Counted from the first letter of the stretch, positions 38,201 to 46,720 are shown. The stretch is DNA of 64,000 nt from Candidatus Omnitrophota bacterium (GCA_041650835.1 JBAZKL010000001.1:299931-363930); one strand, 5' to 3'. Translations and numbers: made by a program. Notes: a model not told the origin generated them from the sequence alone.

Positions 38201-40069
38201 AGCAGTGCCTTCTGCGCCGTTTAAGATCGAACCCGAAGCCATCAAAACTACCAGGCCGGGAGAACGGATATCTGAAACGTAAAGATCAGGCGCCCCTTGT
38301 TCGATAAAGATATCGCCATATGTAGATTCAGGATTTATGACTGCGGAAAGAGATCCTACGTTGGTCAGGACAGGATGGTCAAGTGAGCCGATACCAGAAC
38401 CCGCTCTTAAGTTCAAGGTACCGCCCCAATCATCACCGGAAATGGTATAATCACCGGTATTGATTATTGAACCAATGCCGGGATCATATGTTGAATCCCA
38501 TTCATACCAGAAATATTCGTTGTCTTCAGTATAAGCTTGTTGATCAGCAAAGAGATTAAGGGTGGCATTGTAACCAAGAGTGATATTACCGATAATAGTA
38601 ATATCGCGCCAAGCGTCAATAGTAGCGTCTGCTTCAATGAAAGTTGAACCTGCGGGGTCCCCGATCGTAGCGTATTCGGGGTCAAGGATGGCTTTTCCAA
38701 GGGTAAATCCCGGAGGAGCCCTGCCATTGAGAATACCAAAGAAACCCAATTGTTGGAATGCGTCAATATATACTGTTCCGCCGTTACCGCTCAAGGCTCC
38801 GGCTGAGAAATCTATTTTCGCGGTTTTGTTCACAAAAACGCTGCCCTGCCTGGCATCAATGGAGATCCTTCCGCCATTTCCCACAAGGCCCATTGCCCTT
38901 GCTTCTGTTGAGCTATTTTCATCCAAGACGGTGTTGTTTTCGCTGATAATGCTGATCTCACCGGCAGTACCCTCTTCATCAGCATTGGCAGAGATCAACC
39001 CCTGCTGCAAAATACTTTCAGCTTCCAAAACGATCTTACCGCCAGCAGGGGTTATTGCGGGCGCGTAAGCGATGATCTTACCCTCTTTAGTATTGGTTAT
39101 GCTGTCTTCCTTTACCTTTATATATATCTCCTGCGCCTTTATTTCTCCGGAATTGGTAAAAGCTGCATCAGAGGTAATAGAAACTTTGTCCGCTTCCAGG
39201 GTGCCGCTATTAGCTACCTGAGCACCTTCAGCTAACAATTCGATTATCCCATCATGTTTGACTAAAGAAGTGACTTTTACCAGTCCGGTATTGTTGATCG
39301 CATAGTCAAAAACACGATTTAATATTTTAGCAGTCAGGATAACTTTACCACCTTCTGCCAGGATTGACCCGCTATTCTTTACAGCACAAGAGATCTTCTG
39401 GCCATCCGGGCCAAAGATCTCTTCTTGCACCCCTTCATCGATCACCACTGAAATCGCGTTCTTATCTTCCAGTGCCAGGGTCATCTTTTCTCCAGAAGCG
39501 AGGACCACCGTGCCCAGATCAGCCTGGATCATCATCCGGTTATCAACTGCCTGCGAAAGCAGGCAAACGTAACCACCGGACTGCGCGTTAAGGCTACCCT
39601 GGTTAATGATAAAGCTGCCTTTACCTTCTTGAGAAAACACATAATTCCCATTAAGAAAGTCTTCATTGGCAATATTAAGCGTTGAAGCGACAAGGCCCGC
39701 GACATCAACATGAGAACCGGGGCCAAACAATACACCATTAGGGTTAACTAAAAAGATCTGCCCGTTCGCGGACAATGTCCCCATGATACTGGAAGGGTCT
39801 ATGCCAACCACGCGGTTCAACGCCACAGAGCTTGCAGAAGGCTGCAGGAAACGCACGGCTTCCTGCGCGGCTATATTAAAACTATTATAATTGACAATGA
39901 GTTTATCGGAAGGGGTATTGATATTCAGAGTATTGGATGCAGAACGGTCAAAGCTTGCCTCTCCGCTGACTACACTTTCACCTTCAGGAAGGGCAAAGAG
40001 CATAACCGGCAGAAATAAAACCATACAAATAGCGCTCATTACCCAATATTTAATCGCGGTAATCTTCAT
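32228..40069 (-). CDS. Giant TpsA-type exoprotein (filamentous-haemagglutinin-like): N-terminal TPS secretion domain, beta-helical repeats, LamG/ConA-like insert, PE-repeat linker, distinct C-terminal domain
   Basis: 2613 aa. Signal peptide. TPS domain NINTPSDKLIVNYNSFNIAAQEAVRFLQP...ALNRVVGIDPSSIMGTLSANGQIFLVNPNGVLFG. Dozens of about 40-aa YS(Q/S)A..SGDV.L.AG repeats. LamG-like block about aa 760-930. (EP)6VPEPE linker. Confidence 0.85.
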   Translation of the reverse strand: MKITAIKYWVMSAICMVLFLPVMLFALPEGESVVSGEASFDRSASNTLNINTPSDKLIVNYNSFNIAAQEAVRFLQPSASSVALNRVVGIDPSSIMGTLSANGQIFLVNPNGVLFGPGSHVDVAGLVASTLNIANEDFLNGNYVFSQEGKGSFIINQGSLNAQSGGYVCLLSQAVDNRMMIQADLGTVVLASGEKMTLALEDKNAISVVIDEGVQEEIFGPDGQKISCAVKNSGSILAEGGKVILTAKILNRVFDYAINNTGLVKVTSLVKHDGIIELLAEGAQVANSGTLEADKVSITSDAAFTNSGEIKAQEIYIKVKEDSITNTKEGKIIAYAPAITPAGGKIVLEAESILQQGLISANADEEGTAGEISIISENNTVLDENSSTEARAMGLVGNGGRISIDARQGSVFVNKTAKIDFSAGALSGNGGTVYIDAFQQLGFFGILNGRAPPGFTLGKAILDPEYATIGDPAGSTFIEADATIDAWRDITIIGNITLGYNATLNLFADQQAYTEDNEYFWYEWDSTYDPGIGSIINTGDYTISGDDWGGTLNLRAGSGIGSLDHPVLTNVGSLSAVINPESTYGDIFIEQGAPDLYVSDIRSPGLVVLMASGSILNGAEGTAIEADELYLEAIGGIGDPDYELEISVNNLVAFNEENGGIYLRNDKDLVVLTAENTAAEASINISAEGDLRVRYGIWAEGDIELNAQGNLYINTIANITAPDWAGIYLTSETGAIARRNMEVLDYGLQAYWNFDEGYGNYVYDQVTGMYSYVNGNPGWGTGVDGSSCLYFDGVDDYINTGRNFNFGSAPFTLIVWYQGTQNEQYVGLAGATPGRGLGYALENHNGYLRYWLNEQTFDSTVAINNESWYQLSMVRDGNEGGLYVFDGDETRYFSEFTVAEGSADTSSSFCIGSWGYLPLTVEGYMDDVRAYNQALSGLEIFAQTQMPAGRGEISAGTVELSAVNGIDVAMNGVQTVTASNSGSGDINIINRGDLQVGYADSYEDGIYNHGGDIYLQAMSSLNILGDIYADAPGGSISLYADDNIELADQVSISSNVGSDYYNPVANAVSGDVILSAGGDIIFGRGAGVYSYANGSGSENCSATSGVVSLTAGNNITMDWGHVYSQASASGSLTSTAYSGDVLLEAGNNLTDTGFLELIYSSANANSYLGTSAYAQSGLVSLNAGNTLTIDGRDPYYNYGADVYSWAQATAGYSAEAYSSAVILAAAYGDILLTQTEVRSDADAQTSLEEQAGSSMTAIAGQSYYDYNNYEWGYQAVLIDAGNRVVMADNSQVYGSAVAQGSAEEAYARAGDVTLDAWYDITLASHVYSDALTSAVDLAESVSGKVNLVSYYGTITIPVTSLVWSNVSAVVNSNGGSAYATSDSIDVHSWYGAVNVYLSAYSTAEAYAGGYGDYTPGLVQATSGDVTMYAGTDLTLDGGYAYTGASSSSSNAVTARLTAGNVNLAGNNIYLIDGYVYSQVEATALNAYAASGGINIYSSGIFDFNNNIYSQAAAYGESYANAVSGPVTIESGSLTVNNDIYSLAEASSETDADAYSGLVDLTINGNFVLNESVYSSAEADSSDNVEAESGDVSVTAYGAFTGNGGYIYSQAGAPEATSNSMSLTAGDVTLYSSGNMDLIDTPVQSNATASAYEYAYARTGNIDVTCLGLFRLIGFPDLNSRAQAYAFEGDAQEALAYAGYVSVLGYNGIEAAGDPQYDATVSFTSWATAESSDTAWAQSDDVNLESLLGSITLSEGFISSLAEADTGEGNSASAYSGSVSLIAGDAISFNNVSPNSRADASNASNCTAGSGNIIITAENEIVFSNQTSAYTSAVADAYGLGDAQSGDVDVTSFDGWISFDGASFYSSAQADGYLSADADSGDVTLFAEYASLFIDGHVYSSATAESSGDAAARSGDAGILAWGILVANSGDDQSSVYSSANALSWGDGNVDAQSGVVVLDAGGDRGEGSGIQLTDESSVYSSATAQGGAIATSVSGDMGLFTNASIIFNSGHVYTQASAGTSTVGGDVPASNSAIATSGEIIVSAFGNFILDLVSGLNSTAYAYGVDTAVASSGPLEITTGANFSVLSESQVYSMAQAIGLGAVAPSLTATAQAGALSVYAIGDIEIDVEGLEFPVRSEAIAQNAEGTSEIFGDMILRAGADLTLNNNLMGNTIGLYADYDDDDVIGELIFEAEYLELVAFSHSFQGANDFVVTEGADGSFYLSLNDDGTTLELYAPYGESSPSSIAIYSTLEETLTVNELQPRDDYIYLHSAGDLYLNCDLEAGTIQLHADNNDNGAGNLYSAQAVNLTSEYFSFQSASNFTFAGENLLCGNSEEPDFSASLLSDDDGLNAIRVRSTAGSIFVQYPQSGQVYGNVEVLDAARDIFLNAAISGLSSGLYISAGGAIIAGAIEGPHITSSGDVYIYDGTYSRIGEYPDYQIVYSTSMIGSLDIPLDVLITGVGNLNLVSYGLIDGVSAAFTGIIRGETTPDVINVLSAPGIVYFNNIPSEQPEPEPEPEPEPVPEPESVSQAPVGSIISYEPVSLDASDLAMFQFNSPIGSVFFYHPLTESDMGAFDQFSVGADAYELTGGQLKLVGHDSLLQFFQDFDEKLKSK
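32495..32545. repeat. Simple-sequence repeat (ggttcYgg)n encoding the (Pro-Glu)n linker of TpsA
   Basis: caggttccgggacaggctctggttctggttccggctcaggttcaggctg. Reverse complement encodes EPEPEPEPEPEPVPEPE. Confidence 0.7.
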
Positions 40070-40184
40070 AAATTTTTCTGCGGCTTATTGCTGGAATGAA
40101 ACCATCGACAAACACAACACTTACAGGATTTAGACTCTAATAAAGGCAGTATACATTATTTTGAAAGCGTTTTCAAGTTTTTTT

Positions 40185-41894
40185 TTAAAATTCTTTGGAA
40201 ACCTGGACCCAGGGATGAAAGCGGTCGCCGTCAGAAGGTGTCTTTTTAACAGACCAGGCAAAATCAGCCCTTATGGAGAAGTTTTCCGGAAGATTAAAAC
40301 GGATCCCCCACCCAAGGCTGCGCAAAGTGCTGTTTTTTCTTTCCCCTGGCTGAGGCTGGCGCAGATTAACATAACCCCAGTCATAAAATGCCACTAACTT
40401 TAAAGCATCGTAGAATTTTGCCTTTGAGAAAGGCACCAAAATATCCTTGGGTAAAAAGTATGGCGGGATCAGCCATTCCCAAGATGACGATATCCCCCGG
40501 TCTCCCACATATTCTCCGGAAGGATACCCCCTTACATTAGATATACCGCCCAACTGAAACTGTTGGGATGCCGTCAGGGTGTAGGGAGATGTTTGAGCCT
40601 GGCTCTTCCACAAAAGCATCGAGGATAACGGCATATTCTGAAGACGGATAAGATTTAAGCTATACTTGATAAATTTTCCGCCGGAGCCGACCCTTGAGGC
40701 GCGGCTGTCTTTTTCTTCCAATCCACCCATAAAATCAGCTAAACCAAGGCCTATTTCCGGAGAAATAATGGTCCTTCCTCCCCTTGCCCAAGAATCAGAA
40801 GCATCAAGGTCAGCTCCCAGTTTAACCACACGCAGACGGTCACGGCTCTGTTCATCGCCGAGTTGGAAATTAAAAGAATCCAGATAATCAAACCCGGCGT
40901 TCAAGGTAACGGCGTAATCATCCTTTTTGATCAAATCATGGATCGCGAAAATGCTGTAATTACGGCTCTTGCCTCTGGCCTCCAGGCTTTTGAATTCCCT
41001 GCCCAATTCCAGCGCTGATTTTGAGATGGAAAATCCCAGTTTAGTCCTGGAGGAAACAGGCAAAAGATAGCGCAAAGCGATCAACGTGTAATCCTGGCCG
41101 TCAGAGGTCTGATACTGCAGGGAAACAATATCATCGAATCCGAAAATATTGTTATGGCTGAGCACTCCCGTATAACGGTTCTTATCCACATAGCGGGAAG
41201 CGTAATTGTCATAATCTAACCGCAGATGTAACGGCAGGTTATCGGTAACTTCAAGGACAATATCAGTGGCACCCGCTTCCTTGCCGGGCGCGAGCACAGC
41301 CTTGACATTCCTGTCAGGATGCTCATTAAGTTTGGAAAGGTTTCTTCTGAGTTCTTTATAATCAAAATGCTCTCCTTTTTGAAGACGGATCGCCTTCCTG
41401 AGTACGGAAGTGCGGAAAAAACGGTTCCCCTTTATTTCCACGTCACCGATCACTCCTTCAACTGCCATGATCTCCATGACCTCATTTTGTATCTTTTGCG
41501 GAGGCAGATAGGCGCGGGAAGTCACATACCCTCTTTTACGATAGGCGTCAGTAATAAGGTCGACCACTTTTTGCATCTCCTCGAGCCCTATTTCTTTATT
41601 CTCAAAAGGCGAGATTATGCCCTGGATCTCCTGTTCAGGAATAAGCGTGACCCCTGTTACGTTGATCTTCTTGATCAAAACCTTCTCTCCGGCAGCAAGA
41701 GGGGCCCTGATCTCCGGCGGCGGCTCTTCTATCACCGGCTCTTCTTTCTTTTCTTCGATCCTCTCCCGCAGGAGTTTTTCTTCTTCAAGCTGGCGCTGTT
41801 CCTGCTGGAATTTCTCCACTTCCTGAGCCAGGGTTAAAGCAGGAAAAAGAAAAACAATACATATACCGATAAGAATTCTTTTTAATCTATCCAT
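40185..41894 (-). CDS. TpsB (ShlB/FhaC/HecB-family) outer-membrane transporter, cognate partner of the downstream TpsA
   Basis: Signal peptide, coiled-coil/Pro-rich spacer, POTRA (ITDAYRKRGYVTSRAYLPPQKIQNEVMEIMAVEGVIGDVEIKGNRFF) and C-terminal barrel ending ...VQVSKEF. 115 nt upstream of TpsA. Confidence 0.85.
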   Translation of the reverse strand: MDRLKRILIGICIVFLFPALTLAQEVEKFQQEQRQLEEEKLLRERIEEKKEEPVIEEPPPEIRAPLAAGEKVLIKKINVTGVTLIPEQEIQGIISPFENKEIGLEEMQKVVDLITDAYRKRGYVTSRAYLPPQKIQNEVMEIMAVEGVIGDVEIKGNRFFRTSVLRKAIRLQKGEHFDYKELRRNLSKLNEHPDRNVKAVLAPGKEAGATDIVLEVTDNLPLHLRLDYDNYASRYVDKNRYTGVLSHNNIFGFDDIVSLQYQTSDGQDYTLIALRYLLPVSSRTKLGFSISKSALELGREFKSLEARGKSRNYSIFAIHDLIKKDDYAVTLNAGFDYLDSFNFQLGDEQSRDRLRVVKLGADLDASDSWARGGRTIISPEIGLGLADFMGGLEEKDSRASRVGSGGKFIKYSLNLIRLQNMPLSSMLLWKSQAQTSPYTLTASQQFQLGGISNVRGYPSGEYVGDRGISSSWEWLIPPYFLPKDILVPFSKAKFYDALKLVAFYDWGYVNLRQPQPGERKNSTLRSLGWGIRFNLPENFSIRADFAWSVKKTPSDGDRFHPWVQVSKEF

Positions 41895-42025
41895 TTGACC
41901 CCCTTTACCTATAAATAGATAAAATAATTATCCTTTACCTTGAATCAAATGTAACGCGCGATCTTCATTTCTGAGAATAAAATCATTGTACCACATGCAG
42001 TTACTTATAACAAAACAATTTATAT

Positions 42026-42640
42026 TTACTCATCTTCCCAAACACTGCCGCGGTCATTCTTACCCGCCTTGACGGAAGGGCCTGCTTGAGCGCCGGCAGC
42101 GCGAAGCAAGTCAATTATCTCGCTGTTGCTCCTAAACACTGCCATAGATAACGGTGTCGCTCCACTATCGTTCTTTGCGTTTATATCCGCTCCGTTATTA
42201 ACAAGGATTTTCGCGGTTTCAATATGCCCTGCCTTCTTACCTTTGAACGCCGCAAAATGTAAAGGAGTCGAATTATTTTTCGTCCGCGCGTCAACCAGGG
42301 CATGGTGAGCGAGTAAGATCTTTGCCGCCTCAGGCTGAGCCTGAGACGCCGCCACATGTAACGGCGTGCCCTGATTATCATTCCTTACGTTTACATCCGC
42401 CTTATAGGTATCCAAGAGCACCTTTATAACTTCCAGCTGCCCCCGGCCGACCGCCCAATGTAAAGGAGTCTTACCTAATTCATCTTTTGAGTATAGCAGG
42501 CCGGAGTCCTTATCCAGGAGAGCTTTCAATTTTACTATATCGCCGCTTTTGGCTGCTTCATGTATTTCTGCGGCATACATTACGCCGGCGCTCCCTAATA
42601 ACACACAAATAACGCATACCCCCATGATCGCTCTTTTCAT
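42026..42640 (-). CDS. Ankyrin-repeat protein with signal peptide
   Basis: Four to five TPLH(W/V/F)A(A/V)..G repeats (GKTPLHWAVGRGQLEVIKVLL etc.). Confidence 0.8.
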   Translation of the reverse strand: MKRAIMGVCVICVLLGSAGVMYAAEIHEAAKSGDIVKLKALLDKDSGLLYSKDELGKTPLHWAVGRGQLEVIKVLLDTYKADVNVRNDNQGTPLHVAASQAQPEAAKILLAHHALVDARTKNNSTPLHFAAFKGKKAGHIETAKILVNNGADINAKNDSGATPLSMAVFRSNSEIIDLLRAAGAQAGPSVKAGKNDRGSVWEDE

Positions 42641-42655
42641 ACGGCTGCCTCCCTT

Positions 42656-44566
42656 TTAATTAAAACGAAAAACAAGCATGGTAATATCATCGGACTGAGG
42701 TTCTTCCTTTACAAAATCGCGTATTTCATTACGCAGGGCAAAGACTATCTCGGCAATACTCTTACCCTTTAACCCTGAAAGCGCCTTTTGCAGCCTTTTT
42801 TCGGAGAAAAACTCTTTTTGAGGGTTCATAGCCTCAGTTACCCCGTCAGTATAGAGGAACAGGCAATCCCCGTGATCGAGCTTGATCTTACCGGCTTTAA
42901 ACTTAAAGTTCTGCATAGGCCCCAGAACAAAACCGGTTTCAACCTTTAGAAATTCGAAATCCCCGCCTCCTGAACAGATCAAAGGCGGATTATGCCCGGC
43001 ATTGGAAAACTCAACTTCCCCTGTTTGCGTATCCAGCACCCCGCAAAAGACAGTAGTAAACATACTGGTATTATTATCGAGCGCCAGGATATTATTTACC
43101 TTAGAGAGTATTTCGGAGGCGGAGATACCCTGTAATGCCTCATTCTTCAAGAGGGTCTTGGTAATCATCATGAACAATGCCGCCGGCACTCCTTTGCCGG
43201 AAACATCCCCCATCGCGAAGAACAATTTCCTGTCATCGATCAGGCAAAAATCATAAAAATCACCGCCCACTTCCTTTGCCGCCTCCATCATGGCATAAAT
43301 ATCGAATTCTTTCTTGTCCGGGAACGGAGGAAAGATCCGGGGCAATATGCCGGTCTGGATTTCGCGGGCGATCTTCAACTCGCTTTCAATGCGTTCTTTT
43401 ACCGCGGTAGTCTCGGTCAACTTCTTGATGTAATCTTTGAGTGACAGCTTCATAGTGGCGAATGCTTCAGTCAGCTTTCCTACCTCATCCCCTGAGAGAA
43501 CCTTGGGTAATGGCACGTCAAGATCGCCTTTGCCGATGGCCTCCGCGGCAAGCGAGATCTTGCGCAGGGGTTTGGTAATGGAACGCGACAGGATGATAAT
43601 TACTATCACCAGCAATACTATCCCGGCCCCGCCCAGGAGGCCGGACTCCAGGCTGTTCCTGCGGACATCTTCCAACAACTCATCTTCAGGGAACATGACC
43701 GCCAGGGTCCAACCGGTAGAAAGGACAGGCGCATAATACATCCAGCATTTTTTACTTCTGGCAATAGAAATAACCGGCGCAAACCCGGATTCTCCACGCA
43801 CCATTTTTCTGGCGATCCGGCGTAATCCCGCGTCGTTGCGGGATTCTGCTACGCTGAAAATTGTTTCATTCATGATCAATTGTTTCACGGAATGCGTAAT
43901 GATCGTCCCGTTCCTGGAGATAAGGTAAGCATCGCCGGTTTTCAACACCTTAACAGAAGAAACAATATCGGTGAGTTTTTCCAGCGAGATATCAGCGCAG
44001 ACGATCCCTTTGAGTTTTTTCCCTCCCGGGGTCTTTTCGTAAAAAGGGACGGAATATGTCGCCATCAGGATATCGTCATAATACGGCTCTGTCCATACCG
44101 GGCGCTTGAGTTCACGGGGGATCTGATACCAATCCAGATAAAAATAGCGGTAAGATTCATCCCCCATATAAACCAAGGTCAGGCCTTCTTTTTCTTTGGC
44201 ATAATAGGGAGCGAAATAGAGCGATTGAGCGTCAAAGGCATACGGCTCAAACGCTATTCCGGCTCCATATATCTCTTCATTATTGTTTACTACCATTTTC
44301 AGAAGGCCGACAACCTCTTCTTTGCTCAAATTACCTTCTTCAAGAGAAAAAGCCATATTTTCCGGGATTTTCTTGACCGAAGCTAAAATGGTCTCAATTT
44401 TATTGACGGCGCGCAGCGTAACATTCTCAGCGTTCTCTCTAATATTACCCATGATAATATTCTTGGAGAACCGGTAATTTAAACCGATGATCAGAAAAAA
44501 GATAAGCGCGCTGCTCCCCGAGAAAAAAAGGATGAACTTAAAGGCAAGGCTTTTATTCCTCATCAT
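42656..44566 (-). CDS. Membrane sensor phosphatase: TM - Cache-like periplasmic domain - TM - HAMP - SpoIIE/PP2C
   Basis: Two TM segments flanking about 270-aa periplasmic region. HAMP (ITKPLRKISLAAEAIGKGDLDV). PP2C core GGDFYDFCLIDDRKLFFAMGDVSGKGVPAALFM...YTDGVTEA. Confidence 0.8.
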   Translation of the reverse strand: MMRNKSLAFKFILFFSGSSALIFFLIIGLNYRFSKNIIMGNIRENAENVTLRAVNKIETILASVKKIPENMAFSLEEGNLSKEEVVGLLKMVVNNNEEIYGAGIAFEPYAFDAQSLYFAPYYAKEKEGLTLVYMGDESYRYFYLDWYQIPRELKRPVWTEPYYDDILMATYSVPFYEKTPGGKKLKGIVCADISLEKLTDIVSSVKVLKTGDAYLISRNGTIITHSVKQLIMNETIFSVAESRNDAGLRRIARKMVRGESGFAPVISIARSKKCWMYYAPVLSTGWTLAVMFPEDELLEDVRRNSLESGLLGGAGIVLLVIVIIILSRSITKPLRKISLAAEAIGKGDLDVPLPKVLSGDEVGKLTEAFATMKLSLKDYIKKLTETTAVKERIESELKIAREIQTGILPRIFPPFPDKKEFDIYAMMEAAKEVGGDFYDFCLIDDRKLFFAMGDVSGKGVPAALFMMITKTLLKNEALQGISASEILSKVNNILALDNNTSMFTTVFCGVLDTQTGEVEFSNAGHNPPLICSGGGDFEFLKVETGFVLGPMQNFKFKAGKIKLDHGDCLFLYTDGVTEAMNPQKEFFSEKRLQKALSGLKGKSIAEIVFALRNEIRDFVKEEPQSDDITMLVFRFN

Positions 44567-45558
44567 TGTTTGTAAAATGTTTGATAGAATTCCTTAAAAC
44601 CAGGAGCTGCTTCGATTAAATCGTTATTTATGAGCTCTTTCACGACACGTTCGTAATCGTCTTTATTGAGTTCGCCCGGCCTGCCGCCGGTATCAGGAGG
44701 GCAGATGAGGTCTTTCATCCTGGAAAGCATCCACTGCTGATGGAGGCGGTTTGCCGGGACATGCGCCTGCCGCATGTATTTTAAAACAATATCCAATGCT
44801 TCATCGGGATGCTCAAAAGCATAGGCCCAGCCTTCAAGGCAGGCCTTTACAAAAGCCGCTGCCGCAAGAGGGTCTTTTTCAACTGTCTCCTCAAGCGCGT
44901 AGATGCCGTCTTCCGGAAAATTAAGGCCATGGTCACTTAAGAAAAACGCGGTTAACTCATCCGGATCGAGCCCGGAATTAAGAATAGTCTTGTATTCGTT
45001 ATACCACATCGCGGAAACCACATCCACGCCTCCCATTAAAAAAAGGTTAACGGTATAAGACTGCGGGATAATTTCCGGGTTAAGCTTGTACTTGCGGAAA
45101 AATGCCTTAGGCTGCAATTGCAGGTCACCCTCCCAAAGGCTTACCTTTTTGCCCTGCATATCCCCGGGCTTCAGGATACCGCTGGATTTTTTTGCTACCA
45201 ATAAGAGCGCCGAACGCTGGGACACCTGCCCGATGTTTACCAGCTTTACCCCTCGAGAGCGCCATTGGATCGCCGAGGAAAGCCAACTGATCCCAAAATC
45301 GGCTTTTTTGTCCTTTAATTGCTCGATCGGCGGGTGATCCGGGCCGCCCTCTAAAATGGTGACGTCTAAACCGTATTTTCTGAAGATCCCTTTATCATAA
45401 GCGACATAATAACCGGCAAACTGGGCCTGCGCCTTCCAGAGAGGGATAAAGGATATTTTTTTAAGGGAGGATTCTTCGGCAGAGGTAGTGCCGGAAAATA
45501 AGAAAATCATAAGAACAATTAAAAGGCCTGCCAAACTCCTCGACCGGGTACGTATCAT
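44563..45558 (-). CDS. NMT1/THI5-like (NitT/TauT-type) periplasmic substrate-binding protein; no adjacent permease/ATPase
   Basis: Signal peptide. LKKISFIPLWKAQAQFAGYYVAYDKGIFRKYGLDVTILEGG is typical of SsuA/NMT1-type SBPs. 4-nt overlap with downstream PP2C gene. Confidence 0.65.
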   Translation of the reverse strand: MIRTRSRSLAGLLIVLMIFLFSGTTSAEESSLKKISFIPLWKAQAQFAGYYVAYDKGIFRKYGLDVTILEGGPDHPPIEQLKDKKADFGISWLSSAIQWRSRGVKLVNIGQVSQRSALLLVAKKSSGILKPGDMQGKKVSLWEGDLQLQPKAFFRKYKLNPEIIPQSYTVNLFLMGGVDVVSAMWYNEYKTILNSGLDPDELTAFFLSDHGLNFPEDGIYALEETVEKDPLAAAAFVKACLEGWAYAFEHPDEALDIVLKYMRQAHVPANRLHQQWMLSRMKDLICPPDTGGRPGELNKDDYERVVKELINNDLIEAAPGFKEFYQTFYKQ

Positions 45559-45566
45559 AATTTATC

Positions 45567-45857
45567 TTATTTTAAACCTTCAACAAAGACCACATTCGCC
45601 TCAGCCGCGCCGTGGCGCAGCTTTTTAGCTTCGCAATACTCCGGCGAAAACCACCAGCGCTTGAGCGCCTCCATATCTTTAAATTCAATGATCACCACGC
45701 GCCGCGGCTGCCAGTTACCTTCCATCACTTCGACCGCGCCGCCGCGAATAAGCGGTTTTCCTCCATACTGCTCTAAGGTTAACGCGCCTTTCTTTTTATA
45801 TTCTTCGTAACGGACAGGGTCTTTAACGTTAATATCGATAACCGCGTATGCCGGCAT
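45567..45857 (-). CDS. DUF1330 family protein
   Basis: 96 aa. MPAYAVIDINVKDPVRYEEY...LIRGG...VVIIEFKDMEALKRWWFSPEY matches the DUF1330 pattern. Confidence 0.6.
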   Translation of the reverse strand: MPAYAVIDINVKDPVRYEEYKKKGALTLEQYGGKPLIRGGAVEVMEGNWQPRRVVIIEFKDMEALKRWWFSPEYCEAKKLRHGAAEANVVFVEGLK

Positions 45858-45982
45858 ATTTTATCTCACAGGATAAGGCTGCTCTTGCAGAGGATTGTTA
45901 AGTATACCCATCATAATAAGAAAACAGGCTTTTGTAAAGTAATTATGCTTGACCGTTTTTTATTTTCTTATAGAATATCACT

Positions 45983-46720
45983 ATGGACGCTTCACTTAAA
46001 AAAGTCGGGATCACCGGAGCATCAGGGAACATCGGTTCAACACTGCAAAAAGGCCTTTGCGATACATACGGCCTTTCTTTGTATGACCTCAAAGAGGCAA
46101 GCCCTCTATCCGGCTGCCGGTTCACCAAAGTTGACTTCGCGCGAAAAGAAGAGCTCGACGGTATTTTTGACGGTTTAGACGCGCTGATACATTTAGCAGG
46201 AAACCCCCACCCTGACGCGCCGCGCCAGGCTACCTACCGGAATAATTTTGCCGCTACAAGTTATGTTTTTGAAGAAGCAAGGCGCGCGAAGGTAAAAAAG
46301 ATCGTTTACGCCAGCTCAAATTTTTATCACGAAGCTGCTATTTCAAAGGTCATCCAAGGCAGCTCCAAAAGCCGCATTACACTTGATATGCCGCCAAGCC
46401 CGCTTTCTCTCTACGGGGAATCAAAGGTATTCGGGGAAAACCTTGGCAGGCATTTGTCATATTTAGGCATACAGTTTGTGGCTTTACGTATCGGCTGGAC
46501 CATCCCGCAAGATGACCCCACGCTATATGACAGTGAGTATATGCGCGCGGTTTTCTGCAGTAAAAGAGACCTCGTGCAGGCCTTTGATAAAGCCCTCCGG
46601 TTAGAAACGACCTTTCAGGCTGCTTTTGTAACCAGCGATAACACCGCTAATGTATTCGACCTGAACGAAACCAAAAGAAAACTTGATTTCCATCCCCAGG
46701 ACAACGCGGAAAACTACTAA
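45983..46720 (+). CDS. NAD-dependent epimerase/dehydratase (extended SDR) family protein
   Basis: GITGASGNIGSTL Rossmann motif. YGESK catalytic YxxxK. Confidence 0.75.
   Translation: MDASLKKVGITGASGNIGSTLQKGLCDTYGLSLYDLKEASPLSGCRFTKVDFARKEELDGIFDGLDALIHLAGNPHPDAPRQATYRNNFAATSYVFEEARRAKVKKIVYASSNFYHEAAISKVIQGSSKSRITLDMPPSPLSLYGESKVFGENLGRHLSYLGIQFVALRIGWTIPQDDPTLYDSEYMRAVFCSKRDLVQAFDKALRLETTFQAAFVTSDNTANVFDLNETKRKLDFHPQDNAENY

Noticed and set aside
32228-40069. Numerous 60-170 aa ORFs on both strands inside the TpsA gene (for example 35909-36313, 38580-39068)
   Set aside because: The repetitive Ser/Gly/Ala-rich coding sequence generates long spurious ORFs in other frames. None has independent support.
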